A stretch of 38,020 bases of DNA from a virus (lineage: Duplodnaviria; Caudoviricetes), in the IMG/VR virus record IMGVR_UViG_3300025403_000020, positions 1-38,020 of that record; one strand, 5' to 3'. Each line of letters begins with the position of its first letter. Position 1 is the stretch's first letter. This document shows, one piece after another, positions 1-8,371 of the stretch. The position numbers were made by a program, and so were the translations under genes. The notes beneath the pieces were generated by a model. The model saw nothing but the letters and a program-made list of their open reading frames with translations, was not told the DNA's origin and made no database searches.

Positions 1-564
1 AACTCCGATGGTGTTGTAGATCACGTAGAAATATGTGAAGCAGCTAGTCCTGGTGGATTTACAACAATTGGTTTTAATACTGGTAGTCCAAATGATCCAA
101 CAAAAGAAGGGTGCTGGAGAGTTCATAGAAATTATCTTTTTGTTATGGCTGTTGTAAGACCTAAATATCCAGTTCCATTAAAACCAACAACATCTGTTGC
201 TACAAGTAAAAAAGCAACAGCGGGTGTAGCAGCAGGTGCCACAGCATTAACTGGAGGCATGTTAGTAACTCATCCAGGGACAACAAATGGAACGACTGTT
301 ACTTCTCCAAGCAAGACAGTTTTTGTAGCTCCTCCATTTCCTTCTTCTCAAACTTCATTTGCAGTAGGTCAAACAAATGATGCTGTATGGACAGTTCAAA
401 AGGCTTTAGAAAAAGCAGGTCTCTTACCAAAGGTATATGACACTGGAACTATGAATATCCAAACAGAGTCAGCATTAGTCAAGTATGAAAAAAAGCAGGG
501 TATTACCGTAGCAAAAAATACTATACCTCAGATAATTTATGATGAATTAAAAGGCACATTATGA
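1..564 (+). CDS. Endolysin, 5'-truncated: C-terminal part of a CHAP-type peptidase domain plus peptidoglycan-binding domain
   Basis: The frame is open from base 1 (NSDGVVDHVEICEAASPGGFTTIGFNTG...RVHRNYLFVMAVVRPKY), matching the DHV..TI..NT..R..RP.Y end of CHAP domains. The C-terminus (DAVWTVQKALEKAG..DTG....TESALVKYEKKQGI) matches PG_binding_1 helices. The ORF-track start at 145 is internal. Confidence 0.75.
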   Translation, partial: NSDGVVDHVEICEAASPGGFTTIGFNTGSPNDPTKEGCWRVHRNYLFVMAVVRPKYPVPLKPTTSVATSKKATAGVAAGATALTGGMLVTHPGTTNGTTVTSPSKTVFVAPPFPSSQTSFAVGQTNDAVWTVQKALEKAGLLPKVYDTGTMNIQTESALVKYEKKQGITVAKNTIPQIIYDELKGTL

Positions 565-896
565 GTTTAAAACATCATTTTAAATTTCAAATTTTTGATG
601 CAAAGCAGCTTATGATAGCTTCTACAGGAGCATTCAGCACCTGGGCTGCAACAGGATTTCAGCGTGATTTGCCACATATCGGGTATGTTTTGGTCGGGTT
701 CATAACTGGAGGGCTGGTATCTCATAACTCTATGAATAGCCCTAATGTGTTGCCAGACTCTCATATTCAAACTCCTTATGTAAATAACATAAATGACGGG
801 GATAAAGGTGTTCCAGAAAAAACTCCAGAAGCCTACCAACCAGAAGGCACAGATGTAAGAAAGGTGATAAAAATAAATAGTGGAATTATAAAATAG
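561..896 (+). CDS. Small membrane protein, possible holin
   Basis: Overlaps the endolysin stop (ATGA). Two short hydrophobic segments (LMIASTGAFSTWAA; IGYVLVGFITGGLV) precede a hydrophilic tail. Confidence 0.45.
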   Translation: MSLKHHFKFQIFDAKQLMIASTGAFSTWAATGFQRDLPHIGYVLVGFITGGLVSHNSMNSPNVLPDSHIQTPYVNNINDGDKGVPEKTPEAYQPEGTDVRKVIKINSGIIK

Positions 897-927
897 TTTG
901 TGAAAATTATGCGTTATTTATAAATAC

Positions 928-936
928 TGCTATTAT
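928..936 (+). promoter_or_regulatory. Extended -10 promoter (TGCTATTAT)
   Basis: TGn + TATTAT in the intergenic gap, 10 nt before the protease ATG. Variant of the motif seen in most other gaps. Confidence 0.5.
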
Positions 937-946
937 TTATTTACAT

Positions 947-2371
947 ATGGATATTCAAAAAACGTATTGGCAAAACAGCGAGAATTCAATGGCTCTCCAT
1001 TTCCCTATTACAAAGGTTAACAGAGAGAAAAGAACCGTATCTGGCTGGGCATCGTTAGATAATGTTGATCGTCATGGAGATATTGTAACTAAAGATGCAA
1101 ATAAAAAAGCATTTGGTAATTTTAGAAAAAATATTCGTGAAATGCATGGTCCTGTTGCTGTTGGTAAAATGGTTAATTTTAAAGAAGATACATTTTTTGA
1201 TCCAGAGACACAAAAGAGATATAATGGAATTTATGTAACTGCTTATATTTCAAAAGGTGCTCAAGATGCCTGGGAAAAGTGCCTAGATGGAACTTACTCA
1301 GGTTTTTCTATTGGTGGAAACATTAATGATGCAAAAATGGAAAAAGTTGATGGAGATAATGAAACTCGTAGAGTTATTCATGATTATGATTTACACGAAC
1401 TTTCACTTGTAGATTCTCCAGCAAATCAATTAGCTAATTTTATGTCTATTGAAAAAAATACAGATGGCTCTTCTTTTATTAAAGGAATGATAGCAGATGT
1501 AATAACAGAAAATGTTTTTTGGTGTAAAGAAGATGAAGTAGCATCAACATCAGAGCACACAACAAAAAATTGTGTTGTATGCGAAGATCCAATGATTAAT
1601 ATTGGATGGGTTGAACAAAAGGATATTGAAAAATTTGAAGCAATTGAAAAAGTAATTGATTCTTATTTTAAGAAAGATGATGCTCCAACATCCGATCACA
1701 CTGCTGGCGAGACAGCAGCACCAGGTTTGGCAGGTAATGTAATTGCTAGTGATACTTCAATTAATCTTTATCCTGATCAAAATACAAAGTCAAAGATCAC
1801 TTTAAGTGACGGGCTTAAAAAGAGTGATGATATTTCACTCAACGAAGGAGGTAACAAAATGGCAGAAGATACAAATGCAGAAGTTGCAGAAGTTGCAGCA
1901 GATGTAGAGACTCCAGCCGAAGAAGTTTCAACTGTTGAGGCTACTGCAGAAGATACCAGCATTGAAAAGGCTGCATCAATTTCTGAAGTTGAAGATACTC
2001 TTGATTTTGAGAAGGCACTCGGCAACCTGAAGACCTTCCTAGGTGAGTCTATTGAAAAGAACTATTCTCTACAATCTGCAACAATCGCAGATCTCAAGAA
2101 AGTTGTTGACGCAACTAATGGTGAGCTTGCAAAGATTAATTCTTCACATGAGGATTTGAAGAAAGCTTATGCAGAGCTTCTAGAGAAAAATGAAACACTA
2201 ACAAAGACAGTTGAGGATCTTGGTGGCAAGATTGAATATGTTGACCATCAGCTCAAGGGATTTGAATCCGCAACTGCAGTACAGAAGTCCGTTGGGGTTT
2301 CCGCTCCATCGGGTCAAAAACCAAAACAAAGTATATGGCAAGGTGCTTTCCTCAGTGCTTCAGATATATAA
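947..2371 (+). CDS. Prohead (capsid maturation) protease fused to scaffolding domain
   Basis: HK97/XkdF-type motifs VSGWASLDNVDRHGDIV, IREMH, GFSIGG, ELSLVDSPAN. Acidic and coiled-coil C-terminal third. Lies directly upstream of the major capsid gene. Confidence 0.9.
   Translation: MDIQKTYWQNSENSMALHFPITKVNREKRTVSGWASLDNVDRHGDIVTKDANKKAFGNFRKNIREMHGPVAVGKMVNFKEDTFFDPETQKRYNGIYVTAYISKGAQDAWEKCLDGTYSGFSIGGNINDAKMEKVDGDNETRRVIHDYDLHELSLVDSPANQLANFMSIEKNTDGSSFIKGMIADVITENVFWCKEDEVASTSEHTTKNCVVCEDPMINIGWVEQKDIEKFEAIEKVIDSYFKKDDAPTSDHTAGETAAPGLAGNVIASDTSINLYPDQNTKSKITLSDGLKKSDDISLNEGGNKMAEDTNAEVAEVAADVETPAEEVSTVEATAEDTSIEKAASISEVEDTLDFEKALGNLKTFLGESIEKNYSLQSATIADLKKVVDATNGELAKINSSHEDLKKAYAELLEKNETLTKTVEDLGGKIEYVDHQLKGFESATAVQKSVGVSAPSGQKPKQSIWQGAFLSASDI
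1859..2371 (+). CDS. Putative nested in-frame scaffolding protein (170 aa, MAEDTNAEV...)
   Basis: AAGGAGGT at 1845-1852 lies 6 nt before an in-frame ATG at 1859. The product is acidic, then coiled-coil. Confidence 0.6.
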   Translation: MAEDTNAEVAEVAADVETPAEEVSTVEATAEDTSIEKAASISEVEDTLDFEKALGNLKTFLGESIEKNYSLQSATIADLKKVVDATNGELAKINSSHEDLKKAYAELLEKNETLTKTVEDLGGKIEYVDHQLKGFESATAVQKSVGVSAPSGQKPKQSIWQGAFLSASDI

Positions 2372-2383
2372 AAAATACAGAAA

Positions 2384-2402
2384 AAATAAGGTGGTGAAAT
2401 AA
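2384..2402 (+). promoter_or_regulatory. Extended ribosome-binding leader AAATAAGGTGGTGAAATAA (copy 1)
   Basis: Identical 19-mer at 6803-6821. Contains TAAGGTGGTGA, one mismatch from the full SD consensus TAAGGAGGTGA. Confidence 0.75.
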
Positions 2403-2405
2403 TAA

Positions 2406-3563
2406 ATGAGTAATGAACTTCTACAAAAAGTAATTGATACAACGAACCTCGGTTCTTCAGCAGTCAATGCTTCCGCTGATTCCTCTACCCTTTCAGGTAA
2501 TGGTCTCCTATATCCAGATCAGGCTAATCGCTTCTTGGATTACATGTGGGATGCAACAATTCTTGCTAAGACAGCCCGCACGATTCGTATGCGTTCAAAC
2601 ACAACCGAGATTGATCGTGTTGCAGTTGGACAACGTATCATGACAGTTGCACAAGAAGAGAATCCACGTGATTTCGTGGCAGCTACTGGTACATATTCTA
2701 ACGCTAATGGAACAACTTTCACAGCACAGAATGCAACCTTTAACAAGGTCTCTCTTACAACTCGTAAACTCCGTCTTGACTGGGAACTTTCAGCAGAATC
2801 TCTTGAAGATAATATTGAAGGTCCAGATCTAGAGGATCACATTGCGCGTCTTATGGCTACCCAGGCTGGTAACGATATTGAGGATACCCTTATTAACGGT
2901 ACTGGAACTGGTTCAGGCTTGATGTCAGCATTTGCAGGTTTCCGTCAATTGGCTCTTAGCAACGCTCACGTTGTTGATGCAGCTGGTTATGGACTTGACA
3001 AAACAATTTTCAACCAGGCTATTAAGACAATGCCTCGTAAGTACAAGCAACGTCGTAACCAACTCCGATTCTTCACAGGATCTAACTTGGTTCAAGACTA
3101 TCTCTTTAATCTTACATCCATGACAAGTGGTGGCTTCAATCCGTTTGATATCGCTTCAGGTATCCTACGTGGTGATGTTGCTGCTAACGATGGTGGCCCA
3201 GGTACAACAACTCCATTTGCATTCGGTATCCCTGTTATCAACGTTCCGTTGATCAACGAGACACAGACCTACAATGGTAGTGCAAATACAGGTGATCTTC
3301 ACTTGACATTCCCGCAAAACTTTATCATTGGTATCAAGCGTGATGTAACAGTCTACCGCTTGTTCCAACCAAAGAAAGATACAATTGAATATACACTATT
3401 CATTCGTGTCGGTTGCGTAATGGAAAACTACGATGCACACGTTATCGTTAAGAACATTGCTGTTGCAGGTTCTGTAATGACTTCAAATTCATTCGGATCA
3501 GCTACAAACGGTTCTGGTATTACTGGTGGAGCTAACGCTGCGCCTTATACCGATACATACTAA
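2406..3563 (+). CDS. Major capsid protein (HK97 fold)
   Basis: 385 aa after protease/scaffold. Motifs GLLYPDQANRFLDYM, LSAESLEDNIEG..LEDHIARLMATQAGNDIED..INGTG, FGIPVINVP. Followed by a strong hairpin. Confidence 0.93.
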   Translation: MSNELLQKVIDTTNLGSSAVNASADSSTLSGNGLLYPDQANRFLDYMWDATILAKTARTIRMRSNTTEIDRVAVGQRIMTVAQEENPRDFVAATGTYSNANGTTFTAQNATFNKVSLTTRKLRLDWELSAESLEDNIEGPDLEDHIARLMATQAGNDIEDTLINGTGTGSGLMSAFAGFRQLALSNAHVVDAAGYGLDKTIFNQAIKTMPRKYKQRRNQLRFFTGSNLVQDYLFNLTSMTSGGFNPFDIASGILRGDVAANDGGPGTTTPFAFGIPVINVPLINETQTYNGSANTGDLHLTFPQNFIIGIKRDVTVYRLFQPKKDTIEYTLFIRVGCVMENYDAHVIVKNIAVAGSVMTSNSFGSATNGSGITGGANAAPYTDTY

Positions 3564-3583
3564 TATTAATTAGTTGCAAGGCG

Positions 3584-3603
3584 GGGGACTAGCGATAGTC
3601 CCC
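3584..3603 (+). terminator. Terminator-like hairpin after the capsid gene
   Basis: Perfect 8-bp stem GGGGACTA / TAGTCCCC with GCGA (GNRA) loop. Only a weak T-tract follows. Confidence 0.75.
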
Positions 3604-3615
3604 TTAGCCATTTAA

Positions 3616-3624
3616 TGATATAAT
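3616..3624 (+). promoter_or_regulatory. Extended -10 promoter (TGATATAAT)
   Basis: Exact TGn-TATAAT just after the terminator. Confidence 0.7.
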
Positions 3625-3629
3625 TAACA

Positions 3630-4046
3630 ATGACGAGAGGAAGTCAAATGTCATTTACAGATCTAAAAGTTACAGAATTAAGAAAAGTAGCAGAAGCTTT
3701 TGCTATTGATGTATCAGGACTTAAATCTAAGCCTAAGATTATCGCTGCAATTGAAGAAGAAGGAATTACCTATCAAATGTATTCTAAGTTTGATAGTACA
3801 CAAAAGGAAGAAATTAAAGTTCCAGAAGCTGAAAAGCAAAAGAGAGAAAAGAAAATTATGAACACAGCAAATCAAGTGCTTGTAAAAATGGAAAGAAATA
3901 ATCATTCTTTTCAAATAGGAGAGTATGTATTTACTGCAGAGCATCCATTTATTGCTATGTCAGAAACAGAAGCTCAAAGAATTTTTGATTCAGAGTTTGG
4001 TTTCCGTATTGCAACTCCACGTGAAGCTCAGGAGTATTACGCTTAA
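3630..4046 (+). CDS. Protein with Rho-N/HeH-like N-terminal helical domain (start 3630 or 3648)
   Basis: FTDLKVTELRKVAEAFAIDVSGLKSKPKIIAAI resembles Rho-N/HeH motifs often found after capsid genes. GAGAGGA precedes the alternative ATG at 3648. Confidence 0.6.
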   Translation: MTRGSQMSFTDLKVTELRKVAEAFAIDVSGLKSKPKIIAAIEEEGITYQMYSKFDSTQKEEIKVPEAEKQKREKKIMNTANQVLVKMERNNHSFQIGEYVFTAEHPFIAMSETEAQRIFDSEFGFRIATPREAQEYYA

Positions 4047-4069
4047 AAAATAAATAGGGGGTGTCGTGA

Positions 4070-5041
4070 GTGCAAACAATCAACACAAATAGCCAGGCAA
4101 AAATATATTTACAGGTATACGATAACGGCGTGTTATCACAAGCTGATTCTTTACCGACTTTATCTATCTTTAATGCAGATAGTGATATTTATAACCCTGG
4201 CGGTGTTTTAAGCCAGACACCCCTCTATACAAATTTGTCTGCCTTTGATGAACCGCAGACTGGAATGTATTCTTTTACATTAACTCCAAATATTACTGAA
4301 ATTAATCTGGTATTAGAAGTTCAGTGGTCATATTCTTTAGGCGGGCTTGATGTGACTCAAACTGATTTCTATGGTATTGAAACTCCGTATGCAACAATTC
4401 CAGAGACAATAGATTTTCTAGGATATAGTCCTGTTGAAACTGATTCAAATTATATGGATCCATCAATAATTGTAAAAACTGAAAAAATGGCTAGAACCAT
4501 TATTGAAGGATATACTGGTATTAAATTCTATAGGTATTATGGTGGACAAGAGATTTATGGAATTGGTGCTAATACCATCCAACTCACAGAAAAAATGCTT
4601 TCATTAGATCAAATCTATGAAAATGAAATTTTAGTTTTTGATAACACTCAAACACCAACCTATAATACTTTTGGATATAATACTGAAATTAGTCCAACAG
4701 GATATCAAATTCGTATCTGGTGGCCTGGTTGGGCAAATGGGTGGGATAATCAGATGGATCCGACCATATATGAGTATGGAAGATTCAGGGACAGATATCT
4801 TTATCGCTTCGTAGGTGAAATTGGATATAAGTATGTACCAGAAGATATCAAGTTAGCATCAATGCTACTGCAACAAGATATTTTGGCTAAAGACTATAAT
4901 TGGAGAAACAAATATTTGTCTCAAGTTACTCTTAGTGAAATTACACTTAGAATGGCTGCGGGAGCATTTAACGGTACAGGAAATGTTATGGTAGATAACA
5001 TTCTTGATCAATATCGTAAAGCAAATATTGTTATAATATAA
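4070..5041 (+). CDS. Head-to-tail adaptor protein
   Basis: Position, plus C-terminal GYKYVPEDIKLASMLL...GTGNVMVDNILDQYR typical of gp6/gp15-like adaptors. GTG start with GGGGGTG RBS. Confidence 0.75.
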   Translation: MQTINTNSQAKIYLQVYDNGVLSQADSLPTLSIFNADSDIYNPGGVLSQTPLYTNLSAFDEPQTGMYSFTLTPNITEINLVLEVQWSYSLGGLDVTQTDFYGIETPYATIPETIDFLGYSPVETDSNYMDPSIIVKTEKMARTIIEGYTGIKFYRYYGGQEIYGIGANTIQLTEKMLSLDQIYENEILVFDNTQTPTYNTFGYNTEISPTGYQIRIWWPGWANGWDNQMDPTIYEYGRFRDRYLYRFVGEIGYKYVPEDIKLASMLLQQDILAKDYNWRNKYLSQVTLSEITLRMAAGAFNGTGNVMVDNILDQYRKANIVII

Positions 5042-5496
5042 TGTTTAATGGAATAGATACTTCGTTTATTGGGACAACTATGAATATGAAAGCTGATGTT
5101 TATATTCAGCAAAATGTTCAAGATCCAAATACAGGTGCAATTAAGCGTGAATGGCTTTATGCTAAAACTATTCAATGTAAAATAGAGCCTATTAAAAGTC
5201 GTGGAGCATCTTCAAAAGGTGATAATAAAGCTTTTGCAAGAACCTCTGATATGGATTATGATGAGAAGATACAGCTAAAGATGTATTCGCTAGAGCTTAT
5301 GAGTAAGCGTTGGCGTATTGAGAATATTAGAACTAGTGACAACCGTCAAGTTTTTGTTGAAATAGATAAAATTGATCAACCAGATACTAAGTTTGAAGTC
5401 ACAGCATCACATGCAGTTCTTGACCCTTTTGGCAAGATAACATTCTATGACACAATTCTTCTAAGATCTGAGATGCAAGATGACACTAAAGCTTGA
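5041..5496 (+). CDS. Head-tail stopper / closure protein
   Basis: Position after the adaptor, 151 aa, beta-rich pattern (QDPNTGAIKREW...TIQC). Confidence 0.6.
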   Translation: MFNGIDTSFIGTTMNMKADVYIQQNVQDPNTGAIKREWLYAKTIQCKIEPIKSRGASSKGDNKAFARTSDMDYDEKIQLKMYSLELMSKRWRIENIRTSDNRQVFVEIDKIDQPDTKFEVTASHAVLDPFGKITFYDTILLRSEMQDDTKA

Positions 5497-6199
5497 GATT
5501 GATACCAATAACCTAAAAGCAGACTTAAATGAATTTGTTGCTAGCCTAGAAGAAATGACTGGTCCTGGAGTAGTTGGAGCAATATCTCGTGCAACATTTT
5601 CAATAACTGGCGAAAGATTTATGATTGCTGCAGATAACTATGCAAGAGCAAATCCTAAGAAAATGCATCATGTTTATGAGTGGGGTAAAATAGGTAATAA
5701 AATAGGAAGACTTTTTATTCTGGAAAGATCTTTACTTGTAAATGGAAATCTTTTAATAACTACAAACTTTTTGCCATCAAAAATGCCAGTACCCATTAAT
5801 AAAGAATTACTTATACCTGGCAGAACAGGCAAAGCAGTATCAAGAAAAAGTATTTTTGCCAATAAAGCAAAGGTTATGGAAGCAGGAGCTCCAGTCTCAT
5901 TTACTGCAAAAAGAGTTTTATCAATTGTTGGTAATAACGGAATAGTTTTTATAGCCCCAGGAACACAAATAAAGATTCTTCATCCAGGAGGACTAAAAAC
6001 AAAAAATGCATTCGCATCATATATAGTTGAATGGTATACTAAAAATGCAGGTGCAATTATGGATTCCTCTGGACTATATGAGATGATATCTGATGAAGTG
6101 TCAATAGTCATGAGTTCAAATAATTATGGGGTCACGCAGGTTAGAGCAGCAGTAGAAAGTGTTGCTGAAAAGTTTGATAAAGGAGCGAATATTAAATGA
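5480..6199 (+). CDS. Putative neck / tail completion protein
   Basis: Synteny between stopper and tail terminator. No diagnostic motif recognised. Confidence 0.5.
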   Translation: MTLKLEIDTNNLKADLNEFVASLEEMTGPGVVGAISRATFSITGERFMIAADNYARANPKKMHHVYEWGKIGNKIGRLFILERSLLVNGNLLITTNFLPSKMPVPINKELLIPGRTGKAVSRKSIFANKAKVMEAGAPVSFTAKRVLSIVGNNGIVFIAPGTQIKILHPGGLKTKNAFASYIVEWYTKNAGAIMDSSGLYEMISDEVSIVMSSNNYGVTQVRAAVESVAEKFDKGANIK

Positions 6200-6723
6200 C
6201 AGTAGATTATTCATATGTTGCAGCATTTGATGTAAGAAATGCTATATGGACGGAATTACAAAGTGCAGGTCTATTAAATTCTAAAGATTATATGGCTGAC
6301 GGATTTAACTATCCACTAGTCCCTATTATTCCTTCCCAGCAAGTTCCAGAATTTAATAATTTGCTCCCTGGGAAAACATATATGACTTACGATATTATTC
6401 AAAAACCAGTCGGGCCACAATGGTGGATTTCAGAAGAAACTATGGTCATGCAAATAATATCAAGAAGTAATTCTGAAATATTGACAATCATTAACTTTCT
6501 AACAGATCTTTTTAGAAGATATGATCTATCTGCACTTGACGTAAATAGCCTAGCACAGTCAAATAATAGTCCTTTTAAGTTCTTTAATTTCAGGATAGAA
6601 TCAGCAAACCCTGTTCAACCATTTATAGATGAAGGCGGGTTTATGAGCGGAGACTTCTCCTTTATATATACGTATACACGCTCGGTAGATCAAGGACCTA
6701 ATAATACAGGTAGATATATCTAA
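6196..6723 (+). CDS. Putative tail terminator protein
   Basis: Immediately upstream of the major tail gene, 175 aa. Confidence 0.55.
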   Translation: MTVDYSYVAAFDVRNAIWTELQSAGLLNSKDYMADGFNYPLVPIIPSQQVPEFNNLLPGKTYMTYDIIQKPVGPQWWISEETMVMQIISRSNSEILTIINFLTDLFRRYDLSALDVNSLAQSNNSPFKFFNFRIESANPVQPFIDEGGFMSGDFSFIYTYTRSVDQGPNNTGRYI

Positions 6724-6745
6724 AATTTGAATTATATTGGTTTAA

Positions 6746-6754
6746 TGCTATGAT
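6746..6754 (+). promoter_or_regulatory. Extended -10 promoter (TGCTATGAT)
   Basis: TGn + TATGAT in the gap before the major tail gene. TTGAAT lies 16 nt upstream of the hexamer. Confidence 0.55.
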
Positions 6755-6802
6755 TTTCTATGAGGAAGCAAGTTGTCATCTTCTTTTTTTTAAACTTAAA
6801 AT

Positions 6803-6821
6803 AAATAAGGTGGTGAAATAA
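6803..6821 (+). promoter_or_regulatory. Extended ribosome-binding leader AAATAAGGTGGTGAAATAA (copy 2)
   Basis: Identical to 2384-2402. Confidence 0.75.
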
Positions 6822-6825
6822 ATAA

Positions 6826-7635
6826 ATGGCTACAAATACAAAAAACGTAATCGTCGGTGCAGCAGCATTGTTCACAAGTATTGGAAATAGTTCTAATAAC
6901 TATGGTCGCCCAGCAACAGATTCAACAACACTTGGATCTCTGTTCTCAGCAACCGCTCCAGCACGTCAGTCTCTCCTAGCTTCTACAGCTACTCCAGCTA
7001 CTGGATATCGTGAAGTAGGATACACAAATACAGGTCTTGAAATTTCATACGAGCCAACATATGGCGATGTAATGGTTGATCAGCTACTTGACTCTGCTCG
7101 CCTATTCAAGCAATCCCTTAAGGTTACGCTTAAGACAGAGCTTGCAGAAGCAACACTTGAGAATCTAACATTCTCATGGGGTCAAATGGATACTTACTAT
7201 GCTGCAAATACTGCAAGCACAGTATCATCAATCCCAACACTCGTAAATAATGACGCAGCTCTTGGAACTAACGATAATCCAGCAGCAGCATTGAATATTG
7301 CAGCAGGTGCTCTCGGAGATGCTCCAGTAGAGCGTGTCCTAATTGCAGTTGGACAAGCTCCACAGCAAGTTGGTACATCAGTTGCTGATTCAGTACCAAT
7401 CGGTATCAGCTCTTCTAGCACAATCTCAGCTGGAACAGCTACAAATGCTTTGCGTTCTAAAGAGCGTGTTTATGTTGCACGTCGTGTTGTTTCAATTGAT
7501 ACAACAATGCATGCTTTGAAGCGTGATGGAGCAACAGTGTTTCCAGTGAACTTCCGTTGCCTACCAGATTCTAACTATGCTTATGCAGGTTCAGAATATG
7601 GTGTTGTTATTGACCGTGTATTCGGCACTAACTAA
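6826..7635 (+). CDS. Major tail (tube) protein
   Basis: NVIVGAA, VGYTNTGLEISYEP, LAEATLENL, TVFPVNFRCLPD motifs. Upstream of the chaperones and tape measure, followed by a terminator. Confidence 0.88.
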   Translation: MATNTKNVIVGAAALFTSIGNSSNNYGRPATDSTTLGSLFSATAPARQSLLASTATPATGYREVGYTNTGLEISYEPTYGDVMVDQLLDSARLFKQSLKVTLKTELAEATLENLTFSWGQMDTYYAANTASTVSSIPTLVNNDAALGTNDNPAAALNIAAGALGDAPVERVLIAVGQAPQQVGTSVADSVPIGISSSSTISAGTATNALRSKERVYVARRVVSIDTTMHALKRDGATVFPVNFRCLPDSNYAYAGSEYGVVIDRVFGTN

Positions 7636-7661
7636 CAACTAAATACAACTTAATATAGAAT

Positions 7662-7694
7662 TTCAAGCCCCGTCAGAAATGGCGGGGTCTTGAA
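7662..7694 (+). terminator. Terminator-like hairpin after the major tail gene
   Basis: TTCAAG-CCCCGTCA-GAAA-TGGCGGGG-T-CTTGAA: long stem (one G-U pair, one bulge) with a GAAA tetraloop. Confidence 0.8.
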
Positions 7695-7714
7695 TTTGTC
7701 CATAGGTATTATAT

Positions 7715-7723
7715 TGGTATAAT
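7715..7723 (+). promoter_or_regulatory. Extended -10 promoter (TGGTATAAT)
   Basis: TGn-TATAAT after the terminator, upstream of the AAGGAG RBS of 7752. Confidence 0.7.
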
Positions 7724-7751
7724 TTAACTAATAAAACAAAGGAGCTATAAA

Positions 7752-8087
7752 TTGGCAACAACAGTATATGATGTAGTAGAGATTGAATTGAGTGACGGAA
7801 CAAACGTCATTCTAAAACCGCTACCTATTAAACAGCTTAAGAAATTTATGGCTGTTATTAAAGAAATGGAGCTTCCTGATAATGAATCAGAAGAAGCAGC
7901 AATGGAAGTTTTTATTAAAGCAGCAATGGTGTGCTTGGAAGCAGTGAAGTCACCTCTAGCAGAAGATAAAGATAAATTTGAAGAAATCATTGATACTCCA
8001 ACAATGATGAAGATTCTTGAAGTTTGCGGGGGCTTAAAACTTAATGACCCAAACCTTCTGGGAGCAGCTCTAGTTGGGACGAACTAG
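7752..8087 (+). CDS. Tail assembly chaperone (gpG-like)
   Basis: Lies between major tail and tape measure genes. TTG start with AAAGGAG RBS. Contains a slippery site near its 3' end. Confidence 0.85.
   Translation: MATTVYDVVEIELSDGTNVILKPLPIKQLKKFMAVIKEMELPDNESEEAAMEVFIKAAMVCLEAVKSPLAEDKDKFEEIIDTPTMMKILEVCGGLKLNDPNLLGAALVGTN
8048..8054 (+). other. Programmed -1 ribosomal frameshift site C CCA AAC
   Basis: X XXY YYZ heptamer in the correct phase (GAC CCA AAC). The -1 frame is open from here to 8368. Confidence 0.8.
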
Positions 8088-8368
8088 ATCTAGCCTCCCT
8101 TGAGTCCGAAGTTTTCTTGCTCGGTCATTGGAAAAACTATGATGAGCTTGAAAGTAATTTATCGTTAGAGGAATTAATGGCAACATTAGATGCCTCTAGA
8201 GATAGAGAGCATCGTGAGAGAAAGTTCTTAGCAGCAATGCAAGGAATTGATCTTGATGAGGCAGAAAAAGAACCTGAAGATGTTTCAAGTTTGATGAATG
8301 CTAGAAATGCTCAAAGCGAAGGTTTTGGAATAAATGAAGGATTAAGCTTCATGCAATTGGGGGAATAA
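8054..8368 (+). CDS. Tail assembly chaperone frameshift extension (gpGT-like)
   Basis: The -1 frame reads PSGSSSSWDELDLASLESEVFLLGHWKNYDELE..., continuous with the ORF-track 8117 ORF, which has no evident RBS of its own. Confidence 0.8.
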   Translation, partial: PSGSSSSWDELDLASLESEVFLLGHWKNYDELESNLSLEELMATLDASRDREHRERKFLAAMQGIDLDEAEKEPEDVSSLMNARNAQSEGFGINEGLSFMQLGE

Positions 8369-8371
8369 CAT

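Noticed and set aside
2211-3123. Short + strand alternative-frame ORFs within protease and capsid genes (also 18892, 24538, 35927, 37352)
   Set aside because: Nested out of frame in conserved genes, with non-ATG or unsupported starts and no protein-like motifs.
8117-8368. Independent 83-aa gene starting at TTG 8117
   Set aside because: No SD is present, and the frame is open back to the slippery site. Better explained as the frameshift extension.
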